Shown: positions 38,984 to 49,828 of the stretch, one piece after another
Numbering within the stretch: the first letter of the stretch is position 1
How the letters are laid out: each line of letters opens with the position of its first letter
Source: Planctomycetota bacterium
Lineage (GTDB): Bacteria > Planctomycetota > JACOTG01 > JAJDCM01
Length of the DNA stretch: 64,000 nucleotides
Assembly (NCBI GenBank): GCA_029260825.1
Contig: JAJDCM010000367.1
Location: 8,456-72,455 of the forward strand
Direction of reading: 5' to 3'
The notes under the pieces: generated by a model
Seen by the model: the letters and a program-made list of their open reading frames with translations, nothing else
Told to the model about the DNA's origin: nothing
Databases searched by the model: none
Program-made: the position numbers and the translations under genes

Positions 38984-40441
38984 CTAGTTATTCTGAAAAG
39001 CCACGAGCTTCTGATCCAGCTCGGCAAGAACCCTGGGATCAACGGTCAGATGCTGGCTCTGATTCTCCCAGAAGTCAGCCGATCGATCGTAGTACTCGAT
39101 TTCGCCGTTCCCATACTTGATGTACTTGACCCTTTGCGTGATGATGCCGGCATAGCTTGGCATCCGGCACTCCGAGGTGGCCACACACGTGTCATTTGCG
39201 GGGTCCGGAGATCTGCGCTCAATGAATATTTCATCGTGGATCTTGAGCTTGGATCCGTTGAGAATCGGGACAAAGCTTCTTCCGTCAAGAACGGTTTGTG
39301 GATGAGCCCCCGCCAGGTCAACAATTGTCGCGGTCAAATCCACCGTCGTGAGCAGTGCATCAGATGTCACCCCCCTACCCATCCCAGGACCAAATGCCAT
39401 TGCCGGCACTCTCACCGACTCGTCGTAGGGAGAATTCTTCTGGTTGCCAAGTCGATGCTCACCTAGCGAATATCCGTTGTCCGAGAAGAAGAGGATCACC
39501 GTATTCTCAAGGACCTCCAGATCCCGAAGAACCCCAACGATGTCCACAAACGCTCGATCCACCGATCGGAGTGATTCAGCCATGTTCACATGAATCTGGT
39601 CGTAGTGATCGAGTTCCACAGAATCTGGATCCAGATTCCGCACCCATGTCGGCTTGTCGGAGACATCAGACTCGTTATAGTTCGGTGGTCGCGGGATCTC
39701 CCCGGCGTAGGAACCGATATCGGGAGGGGCAGGCGTCGCCGGCACGTGGGGTGCCGAAAAGTTGAGATAGGCAAAGAAGGGTTTTCGATCGACGGCCGTC
39801 GCATTTACCGAAGAGCGAATAAAGGCGATCGTGTGATCACGCAACACCGATGTCGAATAATCCCTCTCTTGAGAGAAGTAGTACCTTCGCCTACCGTTTT
39901 CGATCAGCTGATAGTGGTAGTACAATGGAGAGCCCATGGCTCTCCAGTCATCCCAACCCGGAGGGATGTCGGGCGCGATCGCATCGTACAAATTCATGTA
40001 CTTCCCGTGCAGAGCCGTTCGATATCCTGCGTCTTGCAGCCACACTCCCAGCGTTGATTCATCAAGACCTGAATCTCTGAAATATGCGGCTCCCCCCCGC
40101 CCGATCGAGCCCAGGTCGCTATTCAGCCACATCTGTGTGTGATGGGGATAGCGCCCGGTCAAAACCGCAGCTCGGGACGGATTGCAAAGAGGGGTCACCA
40201 CGAAAAAGTTGTCGAGAATAACTCCCTTTGTCTCGAAGAAGCCAAGTGTTCGATCCAGAAAGACTCGGTGCCGGTTCGCCATATCGTCAACCGAGACGAG
40301 CAAGACGTTCGGTCGCACAAACGGCCGCTGGCCCTGGGCCGATGCCTGGAACAGGCCGAGCGTGAACGAAAGAGCACAGACGCAGCAACATCCTCTAGGC
40401 ACGGTACGATCCTCCCTCGGGGCGAGGTGCGCGGTGATCAC
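38984..40441 (-). CDS. Sulfatase (N-acetylglucosamine-6-sulfatase-like)
   Basis: RPNVLLVSVDD, CNPSRAAVLTG, GKYMN, SDNG. Confidence 0.9.
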   Translation of the reverse strand: MITAHLAPREDRTVPRGCCCVCALSFTLGLFQASAQGQRPFVRPNVLLVSVDDMANRHRVFLDRTLGFFETKGVILDNFFVVTPLCNPSRAAVLTGRYPHHTQMWLNSDLGSIGRGGAAYFRDSGLDESTLGVWLQDAGYRTALHGKYMNLYDAIAPDIPPGWDDWRAMGSPLYYHYQLIENGRRRYYFSQERDYSTSVLRDHTIAFIRSSVNATAVDRKPFFAYLNFSAPHVPATPAPPDIGSYAGEIPRPPNYNESDVSDKPTWVRNLDPDSVELDHYDQIHVNMAESLRSVDRAFVDIVGVLRDLEVLENTVILFFSDNGYSLGEHRLGNQKNSPYDESVRVPAMAFGPGMGRGVTSDALLTTVDLTATIVDLAGAHPQTVLDGRSFVPILNGSKLKIHDEIFIERRSPDPANDTCVATSECRMPSYAGIITQRVKYIKYGNGEIEYYDRSADFWENQSQHLTVDPRVLAELDQKLVAFQNN

Positions 40442-40489
40442 AGATCATCACCTACGCACGGGAAGAACTAAGAGCTACTCGTGTCCTGG

Positions 40490-40534
40490 CTAGCCCGCAT
40501 TACTCATGAAAGGACGGCCGAAACCGCGGGCTAA
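40490..40534. repeat. Possible degenerate MITE-end relic
   Basis: CTAGCCCGCATTACTCATGA...GCGGGCTAA. Confidence 0.4.
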
Positions 40535-40896
40535 TGGGAGTGGATGCGAAATCGACGTTCAAACGGAAGGGAAAAACCTGAGATGGGCGAGCCACAAGGG
40601 TGTCGCCCTCGCTGACTGGAAGAGTTACTCTCCTCTGCTTCATGAAAATTGACGAAGCAGCCTGGAAGCGTCCGACTGACGGACAATCTGGCGAAAACAT
40701 TCGCATCCATCATCTTAACGTCCCCCCACAGAACTGACCGACATTTGACCAGACACCTTCCTGGTAGTCAACACTATTTCCATAATAATCGGTCAGACCA
40801 TCTTCATCGGCACGCTTCGGAACCCACTATCACGAGTAGATCTGGCAATAGATTCATGGTAGCCGTTACTCGGTCAAACTTCACTACCGACGTGGT

Positions 40897-43641
40897 TCAG
40901 TCGACCTTCCTCGCCGGCCGAACCCCAAGTGCGTTATACTTCAAACCCGCTGAATCATAAAACCGGGACGAGGATCTACAGCCGGAAGGAGGATCAAGAA
41001 AGCTACCACCACGCACCACAGCGTTGATCTCCGCACCCGGAAAACTCACCTCACGCAAACCATCTCCTGGGCGAACAGGAAACGAGTAGGAACCGGATGG
41101 GTCGCGGCACCACTCGGAGACATTTCCCAGGACATCATGCAGCCCAAAAAGATTGGGACGAAACGAGCCGACCGGAGCGTGGATCACGTAGCCGTCATCG
41201 AGAGACTCCTCACAATCCAGCCCAGGGCGACGGATCTGTGCCATTCGAAATCCATCCGAAACGTTGGCGGCATTCGCAAGAGAGGAGACCTCATTGCCAG
41301 TCCACCAGCTCCCCGTGGTGGATGCCCGAGCCGAATATTCCCATTGAGCTTCCGTGGGCAGAACGAGTCGGAGTCGACCAAGAACATCGGCGCACTGGTA
41401 TCGATCCACATTCTCAACCGGATGAATGAAAGAGTGTGGAGACTTGGACCGACTCCACCATTCCTCCCAGTTGTTTGCACCACAATAGCTGGGATTCTCG
41501 CCGGTCGTACGCATCCACTGGGCCTGATTCATTTCATACTTGGAAAGAAAGAACGGGTCCAGAGTAACGGTTCGTACAGGACCCTCGTCCCCTCCAGCAA
41601 ACGGATCTCGATTCGGACCTGCAGTCCGTCTCTTTACCGCTCCCATCCGGAATGATCCGCCAGGAATGAGAACAAACACGAGGCCCGTGTCCGTGTCGAT
41701 CAAGATCTTTCCCGTTTCATCACGACCGGGCATCTTGCCCGACTGCAGAAGCAGGAACTCCCACAGCCCCGATTCGGAATCGCGCCCGATGGGAACCAAA
41801 CCGACCTGATGGTCCATCTGCAACCCCTCGTAGGCAGGGCACTCCTCCTGGTTCGCGATGGATCGAATCGCTTCTTTCCATTCCCCCGCGTAGTCTTCGA
41901 CCGACTCCTTGTAGATTGCGCTCGCTCGGTTCAATCTCTGCTGAACATCGGCAATGAGCCCAATCGCGGGATCAGGATCAACAAAGGTTTCAAGTTGAGT
42001 TACGAGTTCCGCCAGGACATCGTTAATCCACTGGGCTTCCGTGTCTTCAAACCTGTAGGAACTCGCGCCAGGAATAGGTTGCCCCGAATCCTCGGCTTGC
42101 TTGATGGCGCCCTTTCGAATCCGGCCCAGGGTTTCCCGATGCTTCTGTCGATTTGCCGCAAGGTCCTTGGCGTTTTCAAGCCAGGCCTCCATGTCATCAA
42201 TTCTCTCGGGATAAGCGGGCCATAGTGATCCGGCGGAGGAGGTAGCATCCGCCAGCCGCTTCGCGTCGGAAAGCTGAAGGATCTCCTTTTTCTGTGCGCG
42301 CTCCCGCTCTTCTGCTCTTTCTGCAGCCTCGCGCGCTTCTCTCTCCTTGGCTTCCGCCTCCTGAGCACGAATTCTCTCCTGATCAGCCAGAGACCAGCCT
42401 TCTTTTGCTTCCGCCTCTCGACGCTCCGCGAGGGAGCGCGCCTCCTGGGCATCGACAGTTGCCGAAGCGGCTCGAAAGTAAAAAACCGTAGCTGTGATTC
42501 CTCCCGCAACGACGACCAACAGGATCGCCGCGATGCTACTCACCAGGCCAGCGTTCTTCTTCACGAACTTCTTGATGCGGTAGCCCCCGCTGGGAGGGCC
42601 CGCAGAAACAGGTTCGTCATTGAGATGACGTTGAATGTCGGCGGCCAGGTCGGATGCGGTGGCATAGCGGCGGGTTCGGTCCTTCTCCAGCGCTTTCATT
42701 GTGATCCAGTCCAGATCACCTTTAAGACGGCGAACCAGCGCATGCCCACTCACCTGACAGCGAGATGACGCAACGGACGTCAGGCTTTCCTCAGATCCGA
42801 TCTTCGTGCTCGGTTTCTTGGGCTCTTCCTCCCAGAGTCGTCTTCGCACCGCATCCACCGCGCCTCGGGGCTCCTGGGTTGGATGCGGCGTCATCTCAAG
42901 AGGAAGAGAACCCACGAGAAGCTGGTAGAGGATGACACCCAGCGAATAGATGTCGGTTCTCGTGTCAATGTCGAGAGTTGTCGGGTCGGCCTGCTCCGGA
43001 CTCATGTAATCCGGAGTTCCCATCATCACGCCGATTGATGTGACACATGTCTTGTCTGTCAACCGGTGCCCTCCGATGGCCTTTGCAAGACCAAAGTCGA
43101 TGATCTTCGGGATGGGCCGGTTGTCTTCTTCCGAGACGATGATGTTGGAGGGTTTGAGATCCCGATGAATGATTGCCTTTTGATGAGCGTGCTGGACGCC
43201 AAGGCAGATGTCCCGGAACAACTCCAGGCGCTCCCGGATCCGGAGCTTCTGCCGATCGCAATGCTCGATGAAAGGGATTCCCTTCACGTACTCCATGGCG
43301 AAATACGGCCGTCCATCCCGGGTAGCACCGGCAAGAAGAATCCGAGAAATATTGGGGTGGCTCATCAGGGCCAGTGCCTGTCTCTCCGATTCAAACCTGG
43401 CGATGACCGATTCGGTGTCCATGCCGGCTCTTATGACTTTGAGCGCGACCTTTTGCCGAACCGGTTCTTGCTGCTCGGCAAGATAAACGGTCCCCATCCC
43501 ACCTTCACCGATCGTGGAAAGGATCTTGTAAGGACCGATGGTCTCGTGAGTCGGGTGTGGAGTGCGAGTAAAACCCGGTTCCTCGTCGGAAAACCGGGTT
43601 GGTTCCTCCGAATCGCCGAAGGAAAAGTCGTCGTTCATCAT
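40897..43641 (-). CDS. Ser/Thr kinase - FGE/SUMF1 domain fusion
   Basis: [27 protein letters not shown]; [25 protein letters not shown]. Confidence 0.92.
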   Translation of the reverse strand: MMNDDFSFGDSEEPTRFSDEEPGFTRTPHPTHETIGPYKILSTIGEGGMGTVYLAEQQEPVRQKVALKVIRAGMDTESVIARFESERQALALMSHPNISRILLAGATRDGRPYFAMEYVKGIPFIEHCDRQKLRIRERLELFRDICLGVQHAHQKAIIHRDLKPSNIIVSEEDNRPIPKIIDFGLAKAIGGHRLTDKTCVTSIGVMMGTPDYMSPEQADPTTLDIDTRTDIYSLGVILYQLLVGSLPLEMTPHPTQEPRGAVDAVRRRLWEEEPKKPSTKIGSEESLTSVASSRCQVSGHALVRRLKGDLDWITMKALEKDRTRRYATASDLAADIQRHLNDEPVSAGPPSGGYRIKKFVKKNAGLVSSIAAILLVVVAGGITATVFYFRAASATVDAQEARSLAERREAEAKEGWSLADQERIRAQEAEAKEREAREAAERAEERERAQKKEILQLSDAKRLADATSSAGSLWPAYPERIDDMEAWLENAKDLAANRQKHRETLGRIRKGAIKQAEDSGQPIPGASSYRFEDTEAQWINDVLAELVTQLETFVDPDPAIGLIADVQQRLNRASAIYKESVEDYAGEWKEAIRSIANQEECPAYEGLQMDHQVGLVPIGRDSESGLWEFLLLQSGKMPGRDETGKILIDTDTGLVFVLIPGGSFRMGAVKRRTAGPNRDPFAGGDEGPVRTVTLDPFFLSKYEMNQAQWMRTTGENPSYCGANNWEEWWSRSKSPHSFIHPVENVDRYQCADVLGRLRLVLPTEAQWEYSARASTTGSWWTGNEVSSLANAANVSDGFRMAQIRRPGLDCEESLDDGYVIHAPVGSFRPNLFGLHDVLGNVSEWCRDPSGSYSFPVRPGDGLREVSFPGAEINAVVRGGSFLDPPSGCRSSSRFYDSAGLKYNALGVRPARKVD

Positions 43642-43819
43642 TCTTGTTTTGGCCCCTGGAGAGTTTTCTCTCTCCCAATGATAGGGGGCCAAAAGGCCGC
43701 TTGCAAGCCTCCCTCCCATTCGCACGGTCGGTACCAGACGTAGGGCCACCAAATCGGGGGCGTGTCATCCCCCGCGGAGCATCCGGTCGATCCGAGGATT
43801 CGGATCCCAAGACATCCTT

Positions 43820-44527
43820 CTACTGCCGGTTTCCTGCGGCAGGATGACTCATGCTCGAAGCAGAACCCTCGAGGGGGACAAACTGCAGTGGCGGCAGAGC
43901 GATTCTCGTCTTCTCCAGCTCCTCACCGGATAGAAACACCCGGATCAAGCGCCAGGCCTCGGGGAGGCTCATCCAGGTTTCGTGACCGGCGCCATCAATG
44001 ATCAAGTGGGTTGATTCTGAAAACCCCCAGCGCACCTCCTCAGCCTGAAAAGGTGGTGTGTTGCAGTCGAGAGTACCGCTGATGAAACGAGTGGGGGCCG
44101 ATGAGATGACCGGAGCACGAAAGCCGTCACCAAGATCTGGCGCATTCCAGAGCGCATCGACTTTGGCGTATTCAAGATTGACCGCCGACCCCAGGAGGCT
44201 CGCTCTCTCTTCGAAAGCAATCCGGCTTGCCCGTTCCTTTGTCACCCCGGATGCACCGTCCATGACAAACAACAGGCCAGAAAGAAACGGTAGCTGTCCA
44301 AGCCTCCTGGTAACAAACCACTGCAAAACAGACGAATCTCACTGATCAATCGAGTGGAGCAAAAGGGGAAACACGGGTAGATCGGATCGATCCCCCAGAT
44401 CGGCCATCATCAAGAACAGCAGACCGAAAGAACCAACAGGAACAACCACGCTACGGCGAGTTCTCGGCTGGACGATCTTCACTGGCATCGGTTCTTTATT
44501 GAGCTTCGACAGTACACGACGTAGCAA
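43820..44527 (-). pseudogene. Truncated alpha/beta hydrolase (TAP-like C-terminus)
   Basis: Two ORFs in the same frame separated by TGA at 44339-44341; FISGTLDCNTP and GAGHE present; the nucleophile-bearing N-terminal part is missing. Confidence 0.75.
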
Positions 44528-44538
44528 GGGAAGTCAGA

Positions 44539-45282
44539 TCACTTTTTCTTGCGCTCGCGACGAGTCGAGGGTCGCTTCGATCGAGCCTTGAGTGGAACCG
44601 GCGCCTCCATCGGAACCCCCAGATAGAGGACCAGCGCACGAGTCATCTCTTGCACCAGAGCCTCGTCACCGGACACAACGGACTCTGCATGAGGAGCGTT
44701 TCCAAATAGGATCTTTTCTCGACAGGCAGAGATAACAAAGAACAACCCCATTTCGACCGCTCGCTCGGGGTCGGGGTGTTCAATCTCGCCTCGCTTTTCC
44801 AGAAGAACCTCAACAACTCCACGATGCAGACGCGTTCGAGCCGATCGGATTGCGGGAGAAATCTCCTTCGGCCGTTGCCTGGCAAATGCGGTGACTGCTC
44901 TCATCAACCCGCGGCGCTGGCGATAGCTCCGCACGGTCCGGCCAACAAGCCGCTCGGCGCGCTCGACCAGACTCAACCCGACCCACAACTCAGGAGCGAG
45001 GACTTCCTCCATTTGCTCGGTGAGAGTCTTGTCGTACCTTTCATAGAGAGCGGGAAGAAGCGACTCCTTCTGAGGAAAGCGGGTGTAGAACGCCCCCACG
45101 GAGGTCGCGGCCGCGCGAACCACATCGGCGATGGTGATGTCCTCAAAGAGCTTCTCTTCAAGAAGCACTTCCATGGCATCAAGAATGCGCAGAAGAGTAC
45201 GCCGACTTCTCTCCTGGCGTGGCGGGCGGACACCAGCGAGGTTAGCCTCGGGCACCAAAGGAGAAGCGGCGGAGACGTGCAT
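44539..45282 (-). CDS. TetR/AcrR family regulator
   Basis: PRQERSRRT...ITIADVVRAAATSVGAFYTRF. Confidence 0.92.
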   Translation of the reverse strand: MHVSAASPLVPEANLAGVRPPRQERSRRTLLRILDAMEVLLEEKLFEDITIADVVRAAATSVGAFYTRFPQKESLLPALYERYDKTLTEQMEEVLAPELWVGLSLVERAERLVGRTVRSYRQRRGLMRAVTAFARQRPKEISPAIRSARTRLHRGVVEVLLEKRGEIEHPDPERAVEMGLFFVISACREKILFGNAPHAESVVSGDEALVQEMTRALVLYLGVPMEAPVPLKARSKRPSTRRERKKK

Positions 45283-45298
45283 GGCGATACTCTCATTT

Positions 45299-45326
45299 CA
45301 GAATCAGAATCTTGATTCTGATTCTG
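45299..45326. promoter_or_regulatory. Probable TetR operator
   Basis: Perfect inverted repeat CAGAATCAGAATC-TT-GATTCTGATTCTG, 17 bp upstream of tetR. Confidence 0.7.
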
Positions 45327-45415
45327 GCGAAAACAGACCGCTTTGTCAAACCTCGTCCCGGGTCCTGCTCAGGACTTTTTTTTTGGAATTTCAAGCGTAG
45401 AATTGATACCTATAC

Positions 45416-46249
45416 ATGACAATCGGATCTTTAATTAGCTTATTGTTTCTTCGACCCATGACCCTTCGGAAATTCGCGATGCCCTACCCAACTCGAGCAT
45501 CTGCCGACGCTCATCTGATCGACGACCTCTTCAACCTTGCCATCATCTCGACAAGCATTGCCTTCCTGATCGTCCTTGCCATGCTCACCTATTTCGTGAT
45601 CGTGGGAATTCGACGCTCCCGGGGACACTACACCCACGGTACGTCCAAGCAGGCCTACATCTTCACCGCTCTTTTCGCCATCGTCGTCTTCATCGGACTA
45701 GACGTGAACCTCGCCTACTTCGACCAAAAAGCCTACGGCGTCGTGTTCAGCCGCGTTCCCGAGCCCAAGAACAACCTGGTCGTCCAGGTCTTCGCCAAGC
45801 AGTTCGAGTGGAACTTTCGGTACGCAGGAACGGATGAAAAATTCGGAACCGACGACGACATCATGACCGTCAACCAGCTCGTCGTTCCCACCAAAACGGA
45901 CGTCATCCTGAAGATGCAGAGCCTGGACGTCGTGCACTGTCTTTTCCTGCCGTCCCTCCGGATGAAGCAGGACGTCCTACCAGGCATGACGGTTTCTCTG
46001 ATCTTTCAAGCCAACCTGACCACCAAGGCCGAGAAAGAGCGAAGGAACGATCCAGAGTGGGTCTTCGAGATCGCGTGCGCCGAGTTCTGCGGCCTGAATC
46101 ACAGCGATATGAAAGGGAAGTTCCTCATCCTCGAAAAAGACGAGTACACAACCTGGGAAGAAGAGCAGTCGATCGCGGCCGCTGACTTCGTCGCACCCGA
46201 AGTCTGGGAGCACTGGATGGACGGCAACAGCGAGGAGAAAAGCGAATGA
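45416..46249 (+). CDS. coxB: Cytochrome c oxidase subunit II
   Basis: QFEWNFRY, DVVH, CAEFCGLNHSDM CuA motif. Confidence 0.95.
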   Translation: MTIGSLISLLFLRPMTLRKFAMPYPTRASADAHLIDDLFNLAIISTSIAFLIVLAMLTYFVIVGIRRSRGHYTHGTSKQAYIFTALFAIVVFIGLDVNLAYFDQKAYGVVFSRVPEPKNNLVVQVFAKQFEWNFRYAGTDEKFGTDDDIMTVNQLVVPTKTDVILKMQSLDVVHCLFLPSLRMKQDVLPGMTVSLIFQANLTTKAEKERRNDPEWVFEIACAEFCGLNHSDMKGKFLILEKDEYTTWEEEQSIAAADFVAPEVWEHWMDGNSEEKSE

Positions 46250-47982
46250 GTGGCGACGTCGATCCGAAACCGGGGTTCATACGGACCTATGTTTTCTCTA
46301 CCGACCACAAGATGATTGCCAAGCAGTACCTATTCCTGGGCATCTTCTATTTGCTAATAGCCGGTTTGTTCGCGGTTCAAATTCGCATGCAGCTGGCCCA
46401 TCCCGACGCCGAGGCTCCACTGATTGGAAAGGCGCTTTGGCCTCAAACGGACGGAAAGATGCCTCCTGAGTTTTACAATATGCTCTTTACCATGCATGGA
46501 TCACTCATGGTGTTCTTCGCGATCACCCCCATCGTGATCGGAGCCTTTGGTAATTTCGTCATTCCGTTGCAGATCGGGGCCAAAGACATGGCCTTCCCAA
46601 TCCTGAACATGCTGTCCTTCTGGGTGATGTTCATCGGAGGGATCGTCATGGCCGCGTCGTTCTTCGTCCCCCATGGCGCAGCCACCGCTGGCTGGACAGC
46701 TTATGCCTCTCTTTCGTCCAGCTCGGAAGTCACATCCCCCATCTTGGGTCATGGTCAAACATTCTGGCTTCTCGGAATCGCGTTTGCCGGCACATCATCC
46801 CTCATGGGAGGCATCAACTATATTGTTACCGTGCTCAACTTCCGATGCCGCGGAATGAAACTGCTGAGAATGCCTCTTACTACTTGGGGGCTCTTTTTTA
46901 CGGCAATCCTAAACGTCCTTTGGGTTCCAGTTGTGGCTGCCGCCTTGTTCATGGTCCTCGTCGATCGCCTCTTTGGAACTTCTTTCTTCATGGCGGGCCC
47001 CCTTGCATCGGTGGAGGGCGGTCAACCCCTTCTCTACCAGCACCTCTTCTGGGGATTCGGCCATCCCGAGGTCTACATTCTCATTCTTCCCGTCTGGGGA
47101 CTCGTCGGGGATCTGCTCTCGGTGTTCTCGCGAAAGCCGGCGTTCGGATACAAAGCGACGGTTTACTCCATGGCCACAATCGTCATCCTCAGCCAGATCG
47201 TGTGGGGACATCACCTGTTCACATCGGGCATGAATCCACTACTTGGCCATGTTTTTGTGTTTCTCACCATCACGATCAGCGTTCCCACTTCCATCTTCTT
47301 TCTGAACTGGCTGGCAACTCTGTGGCGAGGAGCCATTCGACTGACCGAGCCGATGCTCTATGCTCTTGGCATCGTCTTTGTGTTCTGTATCGGCGGCCTC
47401 ACCGGGCTCTTCAACGCACTCCAAGCTCTGGACATCTACGTCCACGACACCTATTTCGTTGTCGGGCACTTCCATTACACACTCGCCGCAAGCGTTCTGT
47501 TCGGGGTCTTCGCCGGGATCCACTACTGGTTCCCCAAGATGTTCGGTCGCAACATGAATGCAAGGATGGCCAAGGTTCACTTCTGTCTCACGTTTATCTT
47601 TCTCAACTGCGTGTTCTTTTCCATGATGTACGTGGGTGCGGGCGGTCACATGCGACGCATCTCCGACCCGACGACCTATACCTTCCTAAAAGACTTCCAG
47701 GTCTGGAATCGTTTCATGGGCTATTCAACTTTGGCCCTGGCTGCAGCTCAGCTTCTTTTCGCGTGGAACTTTTTTCACAGCCTATTCTTTGGCAAGAAAG
47801 CGCAACAGAATCCTTGGCAGGCGAACACTCTCGAGTGGTCTGCACCAACACCTCCTCCTCACGGCAACTTTCTCTCTCCTCCCAAGGTCGCCCGAGGTCC
47901 GTACGAGTTCAACTCTCCCCTCTCCGGTGACCGAGACTGGCTCATGCAAGACGACCCAGCTGCAACGGCGTCAGACTCCTGA
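46246..47982 (+). CDS. coxA: Cytochrome c oxidase subunit I (A1-type)
   Basis: STDHK, TMHG, GHPEVY, WGHH, HDTYFVVGHFH. Confidence 0.97.
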   Translation: MSGDVDPKPGFIRTYVFSTDHKMIAKQYLFLGIFYLLIAGLFAVQIRMQLAHPDAEAPLIGKALWPQTDGKMPPEFYNMLFTMHGSLMVFFAITPIVIGAFGNFVIPLQIGAKDMAFPILNMLSFWVMFIGGIVMAASFFVPHGAATAGWTAYASLSSSSEVTSPILGHGQTFWLLGIAFAGTSSLMGGINYIVTVLNFRCRGMKLLRMPLTTWGLFFTAILNVLWVPVVAAALFMVLVDRLFGTSFFMAGPLASVEGGQPLLYQHLFWGFGHPEVYILILPVWGLVGDLLSVFSRKPAFGYKATVYSMATIVILSQIVWGHHLFTSGMNPLLGHVFVFLTITISVPTSIFFLNWLATLWRGAIRLTEPMLYALGIVFVFCIGGLTGLFNALQALDIYVHDTYFVVGHFHYTLAASVLFGVFAGIHYWFPKMFGRNMNARMAKVHFCLTFIFLNCVFFSMMYVGAGGHMRRISDPTTYTFLKDFQVWNRFMGYSTLALAAAQLLFAWNFFHSLFFGKKAQQNPWQANTLEWSAPTPPPHGNFLSPPKVARGPYEFNSPLSGDRDWLMQDDPAATASDS

Positions 47983-47991
47983 AAGGAAACG

Positions 47992-48585
47992 ATGGAAGCA
48001 ACTTCAAGCATCGACCCCGAGCTCGAATTCACCTCCACCGGAGTCAATAGCTCCAAACTTGGAATGTGGATTTTCCTCGCTTCCGAGGTCATGTTCTTTA
48101 CCGGGCTCATTGGAAGCTACATCGTCCTTCGCCTCGGAAGCGATACCTGGCCGGATCCCTCCCAGCATCTCGCCACATCGGTCCTCGCCATCAACACCTT
48201 TGTCTTGATCTGCTCCAGCCTGTCCATGGTGCTCGGGCTTCAGGCAATCTCTCAGGGCGACCAGAAGAAGCTCACGAAGTACTTGTTGATAACTATTCTT
48301 CTGGGGACCACATTCCTCGTCATCAAGGTCGCGGACTACGTCCACATGATCCACAACAACTTCACGATCACAAGCAGCCTCTTTGGATCCTGCTACTACT
48401 TCCTGACCGGATTCCATGGCCTGCATGTGGCCGGGGGTATCGTTACCCTGGTGGTCGTCCTCATCATGGCAAAGAAGGGACGATTCTCCAAAAGCCATTA
48501 CGACATGGTTGAGTGCACCGGCCTTTACTGGCACTTTGTGGACCTTGTTTGGATCATCCTTTTCGCAATCCTTTGTCTGGTGTGA
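47992..48585 (+). CDS. coxC: Cytochrome c oxidase subunit III
   Basis: WIFLASEVMFF, TGFHGLHV, YWHFVD. Confidence 0.95.
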   Translation: MEATSSIDPELEFTSTGVNSSKLGMWIFLASEVMFFTGLIGSYIVLRLGSDTWPDPSQHLATSVLAINTFVLICSSLSMVLGLQAISQGDQKKLTKYLLITILLGTTFLVIKVADYVHMIHNNFTITSSLFGSCYYFLTGFHGLHVAGGIVTLVVVLIMAKKGRFSKSHYDMVECTGLYWHFVDLVWIILFAILCLV

Positions 48586-48587
48586 TC

Positions 48588-48878
48588 ATGAGCACAGCCC
48601 CTACCTCGTCGAGCTTCAGCCCACTCAAAGTGTTTGCCTGGCTCACCATCTTGACCGTTCTTGAAATCGGACTGACCTATGTCGATCTCTCCAAACCGAC
48701 TCTAGCCGCAGGACTGATTCTGTCCGCGATCGCAAAAGCAATCCTCGTGGCCCTCTACTTCATGCATATGAAGTTCGAAGGAAAATTGATCTGGGGCATG
48801 GTGGTCGCAAGCATCTTTGTTGGGGTAATCTTCCTGGTCGGACTGGTGCCCGACATAGTAGTCGGATACTGGAGGTAA
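48588..48878 (+). CDS. Cytochrome c oxidase subunit IV family
   Basis: LTVLEI...KAILVALYFMHMK. Confidence 0.88.
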   Translation: MSTAPTSSSFSPLKVFAWLTILTVLEIGLTYVDLSKPTLAAGLILSAIAKAILVALYFMHMKFEGKLIWGMVVASIFVGVIFLVGLVPDIVVGYWR

Positions 48879-48883
48879 CGTTC

Positions 48884-49153
48884 TTGCGAATCCCGACAGT
48901 ACTCAAGCTGGTCGCCACCAGCCTACTGCTTGCCATGCTGTGGGCTGCGGTTGGGGATGCTCAGTGCTCGATGTGCAAAGAAAGCCTGGCCTCAGGCGGG
49001 AAAGGCGGACTCTTGCTCGGATTCAAGCTGAGCGTGGCCTTACTCCTTGCCGTGCCATTCACCATGGTTAGTCTTGCCATCTTGATTCTAGCTCGCTCGT
49101 GCCGCCGCCAGAAACGACGTCAACAAGAAGCTCTCCTGGCTCGGAACCGCTAG
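48884..49153 (+). CDS. Small cox-operon membrane protein (AQCxMC motif)
   Basis: Signal-like N-terminus, AQCSMCK, one TM helix; directly after subunit IV. Confidence 0.65.
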   Translation: MRIPTVLKLVATSLLLAMLWAAVGDAQCSMCKESLASGGKGGLLLGFKLSVALLLAVPFTMVSLAILILARSCRRQKRRQQEALLARNR

Positions 49154-49190
49154 CGCGGTGAGTCGGAGCGATCAAAAATCGAGACTAAGA

Positions 49191-49610
49191 CTAAGCCCCC
49201 CTCCTTTTTTTGGCATCGAATTCCGCCACCTTCGACAAAGTCATTGCCTTCAAGAACGTGACCTGCTTCTCGCGATGGCTTACCCAAAACTCATGGGCGG
49301 GACACGCTCTTTCATCCGAGCACTCTGAAGTCCGAAGCATGCAAATCTTGTTGACGATCGCATCGTCCAGGGCGACGCTAATATCGAAGAGAGATAGCTT
49401 CGACGGATCGCGCTTCAGCCGGATCCCACCCCCGACTCCCCTCTGACTGACAACGATCCCTTTCAACGCGAGGCGATGCATGATCTTCGCCAGATAGGGA
49501 ACAGGAAGATCGGTTTCCTCAGCAATTGTCTTGATGACAACGGGATCACCACCGACTCCAACCAAATAGGAAAGAGCCTTGACCGCATATCCGACTGACA
49601 GCCCCAGCAT
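49191..49610 (-). CDS. Rrf2 family regulator with three Cys
   Basis: YLAKIM...SQRGVGGG; CMLRTSECSDERACPAH. Confidence 0.92.
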   Translation of the reverse strand: MLGLSVGYAVKALSYLVGVGGDPVVIKTIAEETDLPVPYLAKIMHRLALKGIVVSQRGVGGGIRLKRDPSKLSLFDISVALDDAIVNKICMLRTSECSDERACPAHEFWVSHREKQVTFLKAMTLSKVAEFDAKKRRGA

Positions 49611-49828
49611 AGGCTACCCCTTGCGACTTCAGGGTTGAAGCCTCCCAAAGACATCCAGCGCTCCAGGATACAATCGTGTCGGTCCGCGAGAAGCTTCGCG
49701 ACCATGGGTGCTGAGACTATCAGCGACGCTGGCCAAAATCCAGACAGTTTACGTCATTGAAGCCGGTACATCGTTGCGGTCTTCAGTCGAGCACCCTGAC
49801 GGATTCGCTAAGCCGATCAATCGACCAG

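Noticed and set aside
3849-44341. TGA recoding (in-frame TGA at 3849 and 44339)
   Set aside because: TGA is a normal stop in many intact genes here, including ATGA overlaps, and both cases lie in otherwise decayed genes.
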